From Vicugna vicugna (taxonomy: Eukaryota): DNA of 64,000 bases. Every line of letters begins with the position of its first letter. The first letter of the stretch is position 1. Shown here piece after piece: positions 11,934-25,995 of this stretch. The DNA lies in contig MU058844.1 in the NCBI GenBank assembly GCA_013265495.1, positions 7,129,260-7,193,259 of the forward strand, read 5' to 3'. Made by a program: the position numbers and the translations under genes. The notes below the pieces were generated by a model that did not search any database, was not told where the DNA came from, and saw nothing but the letters and a program-made list of their open reading frames with translations.

Positions 11934-13524
11934 AGCTCAAAATTTTGGAAGACACTAAAATTATTGAAGTAAACCGTCTTATGCTCAAAAGTTTAAAAAT
12001 AAGTAAAGCAAATCTATTTAGCTTCAGATGACTTAAATACAGTTGGACAGATATTATACTAACAGCAGTTTCATTTCATCAGGAGAAGGAACATTCTAAC
12101 AAAACAGAACTATCTGAAAATGAAAAACTTTTGATTTTTGAAACATTGAGTTTCACCCCCTTAAAATTAAAGCCATTATACAATTAAGCAAATTGATTCT
12201 CAGTCAGGGTTGTTGTAGGAGAGAGGAATCCTTATGTGGTCATACTCAGTGACAGAATTTTCTTTAGCTCTAGTATGTCTGTGCATTTGTGTTTATGTGT
12301 AAAGATAGTGTTGCACTGACATCTGGGGAGCTAGACTATTAGATATGAGAATCAATAGAAGAAAAGGGATGGAGTGTGATTAGGGCATGGTTAAGGACAA
12401 ATAAAGGGATTGCTAAATTACAAAAATCCAGGTAAATTTAGGGACTACATGTTCTTAAGAATTATCAATGCCTTCTTGTGTCCTTTTCAGAAAGTTCAGT
12501 AAACCAGATTCCTGGAACCAGAGAAAAAGATTGTAAGATGAATGAAAGGATAATAGATAGTAGGGTAAGTAGGAGTAGTGGGAAGGGAATCAGGCAAAGG
12601 GGTTGGGGGGTACTGTCAAGAGAGTGGTTATAGTGATAGACCATGAATGTGCAGCCCTGTGACTTGGGGTATATTGGCTCAAATAGATTGGAAAGAAAGC
12701 ATAGGAGGAACATAAAAGTGAGGGATGAGATCAAGTGAGAAACCCACATACTAAAAAGTGGATGTATAAGATATTATGATTTAAATATTCCATCAAAGGG
12801 AGTAACTTATATATACTGCATAGGATAAAGGAGCAATAACAGTGGAGAGAAAGTTTAATAACCCACCCAGTAGCCCAGACATCCTGGATTCCAAAAGATG
12901 CATGATATCAAAATCTGTATGATACAGTCATATGTTTATTTTTCAAGAAGTTAAAACTTGAAATCTGTCAAGGAGCCAATTAAATGTGCATTTTGCACCA
13001 AAGCATGGAAGATGTTTTTCTTTTCATTGAAAACTCAAGGGAAGCATTAATGTTCTTGAAGAACAGAGGCAAAACACTGTTTTCTGTTTTATCATTAAAG
13101 AACCAGACCCTTCACCAGGTCAAGTTTTAGAGTCAAGGACAAGTGTTAATGCTTAGTTCAGAGTACTTATAATGTTTTTCCATAGCTAGTAAGATGTAAA
13201 CCAACTGTCTCTTACTGTGTAAAACAACCATAAACATACAGAATATGAAACTAATGAGAAATCCCTTGTGCCAAAAATCTCAAGCAATAACTGCAAAATA
13301 TATTCCCAAGAGAGACACATAAAATAAATAAATAAGTAGAATATCATCCCACTATAGCCATCATCCTTTGCATAATTAGACACTTGAAAGAGCAGGAAAC
13401 AACTATCAATTCATTAAAAATGATTATAACTGATGGCCGTCTCAAATCAGTAATACTATATTATGAGTACATACACACACACACACAACTTAAATCCAGG
13501 AAGAATGGAAGATCATATATACAA

Positions 13525-13650
13525 TATTCTCATTTTGCAAATCAGGAAATGAGACCCAGAGATTAGATGCTATCAAAGTGCAAGCAACTACTTATTAGTT
13601 GAATATTTGACTCACAACCTCTGGTTCTTGTCTCCAAGCTCCAGGGCTAC
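13525..13650 (-). mobile_element. MIR SINE fragment
   Basis: ctcattttgcaaatcaggaaatgagacccagaga matches the MIR core (cccattttacagatgaggaaactgaggcccagaga). Confidence 0.7.
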
Positions 13651-14070
13651 ATATGTTATTTGTCTGTTTTCCTTGCTTTATTATATCAGTATATCCTAAA
13701 ATGCATATATATTTTGTACAGACATTTGAAATCTCTCCAAGTTAATTAATTTTCAATTTTAAAGTACGCAAAACATTTATTAAAAAGTATTCATCTGTGT
13801 TATTATGGCTCATGCTGATATTTCTTTGATACTTATTGTAAAAGAGGAACAGGAACAACACATTTAATGTAAACCATTTCCCATTAACTATAATCCTACG
13901 AATATCAGATTACATAGATTAGCAAATGCAACCCTAAGGTTTGTGAAATATCAGTGTCTCCAATTATTCTAAATGGTTTGGAAATTAAACAAAAGTTAAT
14001 GCAAAGTAATTTTAATTTATTTTAGTTCATTGAGTATTTAGTAAGTCTTAGAAGATTAATTTATAAGTCT

Positions 14071-15380
14071 AGTTTTTTTAACAGACTTTATTTTTTGGAA
14101 AAGTTTTAGGTTTACAGAAAAATATTACACATATAGTGGTCAGAGTTTCCACATTTGCCTCTCCCAAAACACATAGTTTTTCCTGTAACTAATACCTTGC
14201 ATTAGTGCAGTTACAATTGATGAACCAATGTTAATACATAATTATTAATTAAACTCCATAGTTATATTAATTTTACTTTGTATTTTACAGTTCTTTGGCT
14301 TTTGACAAATGTGTAATGTCATGTATCCTCCATTATAAAATCAGATATCAATACAGAATAATTTCACTGAATACAGAATAATAATTGCACTTAGTCATCT
14401 CTTCCCTCACCTCCCACTCCAAACCCTGTCAAGCATTGATTGTTTTATTGTCTCTATATTTTTGCCTTTCTAGAATGACACAGAGTTGAAATCATACAGT
14501 TGGAACCTTTTCAGACTGGCTTCTTTTACTTGGCAATATGCATTTAAGCATTTCCCATGTATTTTTGTGACTTGATAGCTAATTTTTTTTTTAGCACAGA
14601 ATATATTCCATTGCATGTACCACAGTTTTTTGTCCATTTACCTATTAAAGGACATCTTGGTTGCTTTCAATTTAGGGTCATTGTGCATAAAACTGATCTA
14701 AGTATCCATATGCAGGTTGTTGTGTGTACATGAGTTTTTAACTTATTTGAGTAAATATCTAGATTTTAACTGGTGTGATTGCTGGATTGTATGAAAAAGT
14801 TATATTTAGCCTTGTAAGAAACTACCAAATTGACTTTCAAGGCAACTGTACCATTTTGCATTCTCATCAACAATGAATGAGCGTTCCTGTTGCTTTGCAG
14901 CCACATCAGTATTTTGGTGTTGTCAGTATTTTGAATTTTAGCCATTCTAATAGATATGTAGCGGTATATGCAGTGTTGTTTTAACTTGCAATTTGCTGAG
15001 AACATGTTGTGCTGAGCATTGTTTTATATGCTTATTGGACATCTGTGTATCTTCTTTGGTGAGGTGTCTGTTCAAATATTTTGCCCATTTTTTAATTGTT
15101 TCTTGTCGTTGTTGTTGTTTTACTTATTGTTGAATTTTAGAAGTTCTTTGTACATGTTGGTTACAAGTACTATATCAGATATATTTTATAGTTTTTCCCC
15201 CAGTTCGTGGCTTGACTTTTAATTCTCCTAACAGTGTCATACAGAGCAGATGTTTTAAATTCAACAAAGCCCAGCTTATCAGTGTTTTCTCTTGTGGAAC
15301 ATGCCTTTGGTATTGTAGCTATAAAGTCATGGCCAAATGCAAGATCATCTAGATTTTTCTTACTATTTTCTAGCAGGTTT
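14071..15380 (-). mobile_element. L1MC1/L1MC2-like element: 3'UTR plus ORF2 C-terminus
   Basis: Starts with the antisense 3' end agactttattttttggaaaagttttaggtttacagaaaaat. Continues through ttttcagactggcttctttt, gtaccattttgcattctcatcaacaatg and ttctttggtgaggtgtctgttcaaat. Confidence 0.9.
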
Positions 15381-15539
15381 TTTTGTTGTTGTTTTAAGTT
15401 AAATTCTCTTTTGTTGAGCCATTTGAGTATATATGTTTCCTCTTGGGCCTCTGACTGATATGGGGTGGGACAAATCAAAGGTATTTTCCAAATGGCAGCT
15501 ATCTTAGCATCTGAGGGTTTAAATCCAAGTTATATCAAG

Positions 15540-16277
15540 TGTATCAGAGGAAACAGTTGAGTTAGAAAGTGATTCTCTGAAGAACAAAATATCTGGAATA
15601 AATTTAAGTGAATGAAAGCTTTGAGAAATTAAAGATGCGGGTGATTCTGTAAGATTAAATAATTAGGTATGATTAGAATCCTTTATATCGCAAAACATGC
15701 ATAAGGGTCAAGAGATTTTAATATGTGTTGTTTATGCACATTCCGAGGACTGAAACTATTAAAAGGGAATACTGAAGTAATATAGATTTAGTAATGTCAG
15801 CACATCTTTAAGAATGAAGAAACATGGGAAAGTTAGTGTTTACCCCAATCTGGAATCCTGGAGTAGGGCCTTTGTGGTTCTGATACCAAGAATCTGAAGA
15901 GACTGGCTGGTTATGGTTCCACAGAAACTCAGAGGAGAGAGACTGAGGCCCTCAGAGCTAGAACTCAGACCTGAGAGAGAGGTGACCAAGCTGGTGCCGA
16001 TACCTCTCAGCAGCACAGACTGGGAAAACTCTGGAAATGGGAACCAGTTCTGCTGTTGGGTATGAAGGCATTGTTGGGAGATGCCATTAAGGATAACAAG
16101 TAAATAGGAAGGTGTCATCCTTCTTATATTCCAGTCTCCCTCTACTTTCTCCACTTAGAACTTAACAAAGAATCAGTTGGGAAGGAAAAAAATGTAGTTT
16201 GCATAGTCACAGACTCGACTGTATTGAGCAGAGTATAAAAATGCTGTGTTTGGAGCTGAGAAAAGTAACTGTTACAG
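15540..16277 (-). mobile_element. Ancient ERVL-class LTR (LTR41/LTR33-group-like)
   Basis: Begins tgtatcag and ends tgttaca. Contains ccagtctccctcta...gaacttaacaaagaatcagttgg...atgtagtttgca...tttggagctgaga. A homologous end occurs at about 48000-48125. Confidence 0.6.
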
Positions 16278-17154
16278 TTTCCTACAGGCTAATCATGAGT
16301 AGGAAGAGACTTATTAGAGCCTCTGATGTTCCATTGATAATATGAGTATCACGAGCTTGAGTTTCTATTTCATTTTCAAAGAAAATAATCTGTGCTAAAT
16401 GCTTGCTAGTTTAACTTCATTTGAAATAGAAAGGAAGATACATCTGACTTAGTAAAATTCCTGCTCTAGTTCACTGAGAGCTGAGTCTGTTATCCAGTCA
16501 CACAAGGCTATCTGTGTAACACATGTTGAGATATTAACATGATTCTTTTTATCCTCCCATTTTCACTCTTCCATCATCATGATTAATATTCTAGTTTAGG
16601 TATTCATCAATTTTCATCGGGATAGATGAATATTTTTCTATTAGATTTCAATAGCCACGGTTTTTATGTTGCTAATGACTTACTATGTCATTCTTCTCAA
16701 ATAAGAAAAAAATAAATAAGATACAAATAAGAAAAATAAAACATCACCACCGATAACCGAATTTCTGTTGATCCCAAGTAAATTAAAAATCTGTAGCATG
16801 GAGTAAAATGCTCTATAAATCCATTTGAATTTAACCTTTCCATACTATCTATACTCATTCCCTTCCTATGGCATAGTCTAGATATAGCAAACTACTACCT
16901 CTTCCCAAAATATATGGTGCATTTTTACACATCTATATCTTGAATTTGTCTTTCATTATCTTTTAGGTAGTAAATGGCTAATATCTAGGAGGTCCTCAAG
17001 AAGACAATATTTCATTTAAGAAAATATATTACACTACAGAAATACAGAGAAGAATTAAGGCATACTCTTGAGGATTTCAAACTAGTGTCATGGTATAAGA
17101 AGGAGGCATAAAAACATAATAGTCAGTACTTTATAATGATATAAGTAATATCAA

Positions 17155-17397
17155 TAATAAACTCATCACAATGTTAAAATACCAATTATAAATCAGATCC
17201 TATACCAACTTTTACACAAATTATTTTATTTAACTGGTACAACATTGTTATGGGAAATACATAGTAGTGAAAAAATGTATCTCAGAAATCTCAGATAGGT
17301 TTTCCAAGATTGAAAAACTAGTAAGCAGCACCCTTAGAGCATTAGATTCCATTGATCCCAAAAAACTTTGGCCTTAACCACATAGATACTGCTTCTT
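17155..17397 (-). mobile_element. Diverged near full-length MIR
   Basis: aataataaactca...attattttatttaac...acaac...ttttccaagat...actagtaagcagca...cttaaccacatagatactgcttct follows the antisense MIR layout. Confidence 0.55.
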
Positions 17398-17521
17398 TCT
17401 AAGTGTCTTGAGGGTAGAAGCTATGCCATTATAGTTTTAATAGCTAACCAGGCAAATTATCAATAGGGAATTGATAAAGTGGATACTAATGTAAGGATAA
17501 GGTAAATAACAGTAATCAAGA

Positions 17522-18123
17522 TGTTACCAGTAGGAGGAAAATAAGTTACCGCTGTTCTTAGTCACCCAAAAAAAAAAATTCTTTTAACGAGAGACAGAAA
17601 GCGTGATATAAACAAGATTTTATTAGTAAAGTGAAACGACAGTAAAATAGCCCAAGAGAGGAAAATCGGCGCAGCTCCTTTGTTTTTCCTGTCTTATATC
17701 CTGGCTTAGGGCATTTTTTTGTGTGTGATTGATTGATTGATTCAAGGCTCTGATTCCTTGAGTGCTGAGGCTGACTGATAGCTCATGGTCCTTGTGCTTA
17801 GGCTGACTGACAGCTAACATTCCTTGTGCTCAGGCATGCCCATCCCTTTTTTTGCAGGTTCTTACCCATGATGCACACAGAGAAACCTATGGGAGGGGGC
17901 TCAAACTGCAATGTTAATTACATTATAATGACCATTGGGTCAGGTTAAGCCAGATCCTTCTCTCTATTGTGCAGCTGCAGCGTTTGATCCTAGGCGTGTT
18001 CATTGCTGGCCCCTCATTTATAGAGAGTAAAAGTTTTTGGAGCCCCTTATGCTGAGCGCAAGTGTACTGTTATTTTCTGGGTAGCTCCTTGCCCTGTTCT
18101 CATTTCTATCTAACTGGCTAACA
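17522..18123 (-). mobile_element. Complete ERV1 (gammaretrovirus-like) solo LTR, 602 bp
   Basis: Terminal inverted repeats TGTTA...TAACA. Perfect 4-bp TSD AAGA at 17518-17521 and 18124-18127. Minus-strand TATAAG at 17693-17698 and AATAAA at 17619-17624. 32-bp-period repeats at 17755-17835. Confidence 0.88.
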
Positions 18124-21100
18124 AAGATAATATAGACTCTAGAGAATGACACGAGGGCTGGGGAAGTCAAAGACCAAGTAAAGCAACAGGATTAAGAGGA
18201 AGGGAATGTTCAGGATATTTCCACAGAATGCAGAGAAGACTTGAAGGGCCAGGACAAAAGCAGAAAAAAAAAAATCCCTAGTAGCTAACAAAGGGGAGGA
18301 ATGGAAGAAAGGGAGCTCATGCAGAATATGAATACAAAAGTAAGATTTTTTCAAAGGCCTCATTTTGGTCTTAATCAATCACTATTGTTCTTGAATACTA
18401 CAAATTTTAAGAAAAACTTGACAAAATGCATTCATATGTGGGAAAAAAGGAAGAAAAGAAAAGAACTTCTGACTCGGTAGTAAGTACCTGAGATGAACCA
18501 CATCATTTTATAAAAGCAGAATTCCTCACATCAACTATGTTTTATTAGAGAATTTTAAATGGCCATTAAGAATGGTAATTCTTTGCTTTTTTAAGCAAGG
18601 ATTTGAGATTTTCATTTTGAAACTTGTATCATATGAGACAATATTTTCAGGACTGATTTCAATTAATGCTTCAAGGATATATGAGAACTACTCACAAAGG
18701 AGGTTTGTTCTCTACACATTCAAAAATCTTGAGGATACCGTATTTAAAGCAACAGCAACAAAAAATTTGAGACAAATTATTTGAGATGAAACCAATAAAT
18801 GAAATCTTAATCTAAAGATGTAATCATATCCATGTTACCAATGAATTTTTTAGTACTTTCCTCTGAATTAAATGATTTTATCTTTTGAAATTGTGTGGCA
18901 GAGTGACATATTAAGTTATTTCTTAGGTATTTTAAAAAATTGAAATATAACCTTAAATATAGATTTACATTAAATAATACCATGTACATTTATTTATTAA
19001 CTAACTTTATTGACCACCAATTATATAGTAGCTACTATAGAAGGAAATCAAAATATTGTTTTATTTATTAAGAGGATTAAGATCTATGGAAAAATAGATA
19101 AGAAAATGAACAATTACACACTTGGGTAATATTAAATTTGATCTAGACTCCATTAAATTGTTGTGGTTGAACAAGTGAAGTTTATGAAGTTTCTTCCAAT
19201 TCTAAAGAATCACCATCTGGAGACTATTTCTTGAACTATGATATTTTCTCTACATCTGCAGTCCTCTTAAATCACATAGCGTGGGACACATTTTATTCAG
19301 ACTGCATACTATCTAAATACCTACTTGATAATAGTTGACAATCAAGCATGATTTAGATAGATCTTTTTCTAATGACTAGCTTGTATAATGATAGTCCAGT
19401 ATGGCAAAATTGTCACGTTGTGAATGTGAACTCAAAGTCAAATTTCTCCATTCTTTAGTAAAGTAAACAAAAATTTTTTACAAATGATTGTTCATGCATG
19501 AAACCTTGAATACATGGTTCTCCTCCTATGATGATTTTCTCATCCTTGAACAAAATGAAGTAAATAGGTTAAATCATAGGATCTAAGATGTTAAGAAGAT
19601 GTATTTCAGTAGAGATATTCTCTGTTTATTTGCTAAACATTGGAAAGGGGCAATAGATGCTAACTGTATGTATTCTATTGAAAATATTCCACGTGCTTAC
19701 CTTGTGTTACTGAATTTTGTTAAGTAAATGAAACTGAACATTCTTTGTCATTCAATGATTTATAGGGGAATGCAAAAAAAAAAACTAAGAATTTTTATGT
19801 CTTGTGTAGAAAGTAAATATTGAAGCACTTAAAGTAACTGTAAATAATCTTAGGGGAAAAGAAAGCTTTTATAAATGAAATTCTACTTGCACTTTGGCTT
19901 TATCCATAGATTATAAAACACAAAAAATGTTCAGTAGGTAGTAAAATAAAGAGAAGCATTAAAAAGAAAAGCATTGTATATGCCTATTTTATTTTGTGGT
20001 GGAGTCATATGTTGCTTCTCTAAGATTCAAAAAGTGCTTTTTTTTCAAGTTGGTATATTAATCATACAACACATTAATTATAACATGAATGGGTTCCTTA
20101 ATCAGTAAAAATGATACAGTATTAGGTACCTCTGATGTGACGTATATGTCCCACATGGGATACCAGATGTAAATAATACAACTATTTTGTTTGGAGAGCA
20201 AAAGTCTCTATAAAGGGACAGGATTGATGGCGTTGACACTTAGTTTCACATTCCACAAAAGCTTTCCTTTCTTCTCCCCCCTCCCCCACTTCTCTCTTCA
20301 TTTTTCTCTCTCTCCCTCCCCTTCCCTTCCTTCCTTTTCTCTGTATCTTTCCTTCAGAAAATACTTATTGAATACCTACTGTATTCCAAGCACATGTTAT
20401 ATGTGCCTTTTTACATTTTGTAATTTGGTGAAAGAGAGAGAAGAAACAACATTCAAACAGCTGAACGAAAGAGCTAACTGGTCAAAAGATTCTGCTATGT
20501 CATTATCAGAGCAACACTGATTTTATAGCAAAAAGAAAAATGCTACTTTTAGTGTTTTTTGGCAATATTCTTGTTACCAAAAAGAATTTGGCTTCCAACT
20601 TGATATCTACATTAATTTAATATCAATAAAACATGAAACATAACCAGAACTGTCAAACACAGAATTCTGCCAAATATAATATCTTAATATTAGTACTGTA
20701 TAGAAAATAAAAAAGCCATAAAATATTCATATTTTCTTATTTGAATCATATTTCATAGTCTATCCATATGGGTTTAGGTTATGAATTACAAAAAAAGGAA
20801 GTAGAACTATCCAAAACATTTTCATGGCACAATTTTTGAAGGAAGATACACACAATTTCCTCATGTTCAAAAATAGTTGTTTGCCTACATGATCCATGAA
20901 CATCTAGTTAGACATAATAGATCAGTATATATAAACTATGGATAAATGCTAAGTGTTATTCTCTGTGAATTTCCACTATAATATATACCATAGTAACTTT
21001 CTCCCATATATTTTCAAATGTGATACACCATTTGTCTTACAATTATTTTAAATTACTCAATTTTTCTTTTACATATAAAGTAAATTAATAAATGAACAAA

Positions 21101-21279
21101 CTTAAAAACACTATCAATAATGTAATTCAATAGTTCAATAGTTTGCTTGGATATACCTTGCCATGTCCAGATACAATAACCCTAATTATTGTTGAATGAA
21201 CTAAGGGGAAAGGAAAGGGAGCTTTACCTATTAAGCTCTTGCTATATATCCTTCTAGTCTGTAACATTTAGTTTACCCA

Positions 21280-21460
21280 AAGAGTATTCATTGAGCAGTT
21301 ACTATATGTTAGGCTGTCTCTCAGGTACACTAGATACAGCATTAAAACAATTCACAAAGTCTCTTCCCTCAATAAACCCACAACCTAGCTGATAGGGAAT
21401 GAGAATCGGTTTGGAGGAGAAAATAAAGCAGAATAAAGAAATAGGGAGTCCCAGAGTATG
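21280..21460 (-). mobile_element. L2 3' end fragment
   Basis: tattcattgagcagttactatatgttaggc...tagatacagca...caaagtctcttccctca matches the antisense L2 terminus. Confidence 0.65.
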
Positions 21461-21829
21461 GTTTGGATTTCATTCCAAGTTACTTGTGTCTGTATGCTAG
21501 ATTCTGAGAGAGGCTGAAATTTGAGAAAAGGTTTTCAGATTAATGACCTGGGGGAATGATTTGGACGGAAGTGTGTATTGAATATCACATCAGAACTCCC
21601 TATTCCTATCTCTCTAAGCAAATGTTCACTTGTGGTCTCTTTCTGGAAATGTATTTCTTTATCTGTGAATACTTGAACCTTAGAAGATCTACTTCTATGT
21701 ACGGATTGAAAGCATCTCCTATTTTTGTTCACTCTCATAAAATTTGGGCTGGAGTACAGACCATTTTCCTAGATCCATCTTAGCCCATCCAGCTTGGATG
21801 AGATATGTAGATAGCTAAATACATTAATA

Positions 21830-21990
21830 ATAATGTTAATAATACTAGTTGAAGTGTATTGGACATTTACCATGCCAAGTATACTTCTCTGTGCAGTGCA
21901 TGCATTATCTCTAAATTCTATGGGGTTAGTAATGTCATTCTCTCCATTACAAAGATGAAGATGTGGAGTAAGTAACTTGCACAAAATTCA
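21830..21990 (-). mobile_element. MIR fragment
   Basis: tattggacatttaccatgccaag...catgcattatctc...ctccattacaaagatgaag...taagtaacttgcacaa. Confidence 0.7.
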
Positions 21991-23729
21991 TATCCTCTGC
22001 AATCTCTCTTCAAAGTTTGCATGCAGCTAGAAGTTTCTGGAGTTTGGTTTCTGAACAGTTAGGCAAACAACACTTCTCCCCATCTATTTTTATTTTTTTA
22101 CTTCACCACATCAAAAAAAAATCCCTTCTTCATTCTTGATTATTATAGCTTATGTAAAAAACACCTTCTCACAGTCTAGGTCAGGGGCTCCTATTATTTT
22201 CATAGAACTGTGGGTTTGCCTTGTCATACTTTATGTCAGTTACTTTCTTAATTGCTTTTGGCATTAGACTCTTCAAATCCATCATTATTTTTATTATACT
22301 TCAAAATATGAAATAGTCCTGGAAAATAACCAGTGTACCCTAAATATTTTAAAGGTGAACAGATTTTTTAAAAAACTGAATTGAATGACAGAATAATGTC
22401 CAAGAGAGAAGGCGAGAGACAGAGAGAGAAGAAAAAATTTGCAGTCATAGAAATTTGAGATTAGATCTATCATTTATATTATTTAAAACAATTCAAGTAT
22501 ATAAAATATACTAAACTGTTTTCTAACTTTAAATTTTCAATAACTCAAGGAATAAGGGCTGTAATACAATTTTGGCAGGGTCCCAGTTTTATAATCTTTT
22601 ATCAGAATTAATTTTTGAAAATGCTGAATATTTATAATACATTAAATATTTGTGTTAGATCTAATGATGAGTTTTGATTTCATGTTAGCTTTATCTACTT
22701 GCCATTCTTTCATCATAAGTATATTCCAAACTCCTATGGGTATATGTTATTTTTATAGACAAGAGAGATGAGAGCTGAGTAGAGAAATGGAATAGGATAG
22801 ATTAGAGTTTGGAGAGAGAAAGAGGAAGTGTGTTTGCATGTGTGTATGTGTCGGGACAAGTGCCGTCAGGATGACAGCAGACCTGAGCTTTGGCAATGGC
22901 ATCAAATTACAGTAAACTGAGACTCAGAAAATTTAGTTCCAGGAATCATTTTCAGATTTATATTAATTTTGCCTTTTTCTTGGTAATGTTAGTTTGTGCC
23001 ATCAGTTGTATCTTTCTTAAGTATCTTCAAATTAGCATTGCTAAGGAAAACTAAATCAATCTTCTTTCCTACTTTTTACACTATTATTGTCCAATTGATA
23101 TATTTTGTATAATTTATGTAAAACATTTGAGAAATACAAGTTTATATATTTCAATTTGAAATGTGCATTAAGAATATATATATATAATTATGTAAATTGC
23201 AGTAAATAAAATTAAAACTATGATGCAATTATTTTTAACAATTATAGTTTAAAGCAGTGAAAGATTATGGCTTCTTCTGAATATAGCCTCAATAACTTTC
23301 AATTTTAGACATACATTACATTAATTTGAGATTTTAAACAAATCTATATGATGTGATATTAACTGTTTTTCTTTTATTAGTACTCTATTTTCAAAGGAGT
23401 CTTAGATTGATTCCTAATATGTGAATAGAATTCTCTAGAATCCTTCAACACCTGTACTTTAATGTTTTCATTCTATAATTTATTTAGTTCAGTCCCTCAG
23501 AGTTATTCACTTGTATGCATACATTTTTATCTATGAATGTTCCCTAGTATCTTTCACATTGGCCTATTTCACTGTTTAATTTTCTCATGATTATCATTTA
23601 AAAAAATAATGGCATGGACCATACATTTTTACTTTCCAGATACAGTTAAAAATTGTATTTAGGGTGTAAAATATAGAGTATTTGCTAGTTGATTTCTGAG
23701 CAGTTTTAGCTGTTTCTCTTTTTTTTTAG

Positions 23730-24222
23730 GGTACTTTGGTATCCATTATTTCTCTTCAAGTTTCATGTGTGTTAAGGATACTGACACCACCTCCAGCTCC
23801 ATTGATAATCCTGTCTACTCTGACACAGGTTTCTGTTCAAAGGTGCAATTATACCAAAGGCTTATCAGTGCTCTGCATTTTCCTAGAGTCCCTATAAATA
23901 GGGCAAGGTCAATCAGAACTTAATCAGTTACATTTGTTCCTATTTATAGACGCACACTCTTCCATCTGATGGTCATGAAAGAGAAGTATGCAGCCCCTAT
24001 CCCTACATTCTACCCTTGACCCTGTAGACTACTGAGCTGAGAGGCAGTACAAAGGAGATGATTGGAAATATTATGACATTACTGAATTAACCAATACAGA
24101 TATGTCCTTGTCTCTAGACTCTCCAGTTATATAATGTGTTAATATATTTTTATAATCTTATAAAATCAATTTGAATTGTAATTTTCTGATTATCTTCATC
24201 AGAAGACACCCTGACTTATCTA
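23730..24222 (+). mobile_element. Old MaLR LTR (MLT1J/K/L-like)
   Basis: ccacctccagctcc...caatcaga...ctctagactctccagttatat...taaaatcaatttgaattgtaattttctg...cagaagacaccctgact matches the MLT1 3' end layout. Confidence 0.55.
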
Positions 24223-25166
24223 AAAAGTAATTAGATGTAGGTTATTCAAGAGTTCCTCCTCTCTTCCTATAAAGGTAAACATTGGATTTTCATTTTCCTT
24301 CTATGAACTACTAGATTCTCTAGAGAAACATATCCTGTCCATTATTCTTATGCTTTGGAGGCTTTCAGTACTCAGTGATCCAGTCTACCCACATCTATCC
24401 TCACAACTGCTCATGGCTGCTTCCCCACTACCCTTGTGAAGACCCCACCTGCCAAGCACTTTCTGATGTAGACAGGGAAGGTTCAGAAACATGCTCATTC
24501 CAAAATCATTGACTTCCTTATCTCACACTAAATGAGTTAAAATAAGTTAAACAACTTTTACTTCAGTCATGTATATATTTCAGTATTATGTTATATAGGG
24601 AGGATAAGGAGTAGATTTGTACATATTACTGAAGATAATTCTCTCATACATTATTTCATTTCCAGTTGTAAAGAGAGTGTTTTCCCAGTTACATCTCAGT
24701 TTGATAACTAAATGGATCTTTGTCCTTTGAAATCTCTGTGAAGAAAATCAAAGGCAACTTCAGTAATAAATGATATTAATTAGTTGATAAACTGCCACAG
24801 TATGGTTATGTATTTCACTTTAAAGCCATTCTCTAAATAAAAATTTTACACATTCCTTTAATTAAGATTTTTGTTTTGCTTTGTTTTGTTTTCCAACATT
24901 TTATCAAGCTTCTTCTATTATGTCTGATTGAGTATTTGAATTAGTGAATTATTTTGTAATCAGTTGTTTATATTATTGTTTCTTTGACTAGACCATAAAC
25001 ACTCAAGAACAGGGTATACTTTTGATTTTATAGGAATTCCTATTTCTTGGAACAGCTTTGGATCACACAGTAATTGTCAATATTTGTGGAAAACTGAATT
25101 AAATTCCTCACTTTTTTCTTTTACTACCACTATTAGAGTTTAGCATGGAGATTATGGGGAGGGGAT

Positions 25167-25625
25167 TGTGATGGACAGAATAATGTCCCCAAGTGCCCTA
25201 ATCCTCAGAACCAGTGAATATAGTAGATTACAGGGCAAAAAGAAATTGTTTGTAGATGGAATTAAGGTTGTTAATCAGCTGATCTTCACATAGGAAGATT
25301 ACCTGGATTATCTTTGTGGTCCCAATGTAATCACAAAGGTCCTTAAAAGTACAAAAAGAAATCATAAGAGTGCCAGAGAGATGACAGCATGAAAAGACAC
25401 AGCCCGATTATGCTGGCTTTCTTTTGGAGGCAGAAGACAAGGACACATATTCTCCCCTAGAGTCTGCAAAAAGGAATACACTTTGCCAACACTTTGATGT
25501 TAGGGCAGCATGGTACGTGTCATTCTTCTAACCTATAGAATTGTGAGATAATAAATCAATGTTGATTTAAGCTTCTAAATTTGAGGGAATTTGTTTTAGC
25601 AGCAGTAGGAACACTAACTCATACA
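25167..25625 (+). mobile_element. MLT1D-like MaLR solo LTR
   Basis: Starts TGTGATGGACAGAATAATG, has the internal gatggaattaaggttgttaatcagctga...ctggattatc...cccaatgtaatcacaaaggtcctta, and ends ATACA. 5-bp TSD GGGAT (25162-25166) / GGGAC (25626-25630). Confidence 0.88.
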
Positions 25626-25840
25626 GGGACAGTGACAATTTCCTCTCTCTGTTGACTTTAGAGGAGCTCCTTCTTACTGCCATCCCACTGACTTTTATCT
25701 TCTGTGGCCTGAGACATTCTGTGCCATGAAGCCTCATGACAGAGTTGTCCCCAGCCACATAAACTTGATATCCTTTTCATCCTTTTCATATTGCCTGGCT
25801 TTAAAAAATAGTCAATTTTAAGTTAATGAAGAGACAGTTG

Positions 25841-25951
25841 AAATTTGAAAAGTTACATGCACCCCAATTTCACAGCAGCACTATTTACAATAGCCAAGAC
25901 ATGGAAGCAACCTATATGTCAATCAACAGATGATTGGATAAAGAAGATGTG

Positions 25952-25995
<44 letters not shown>

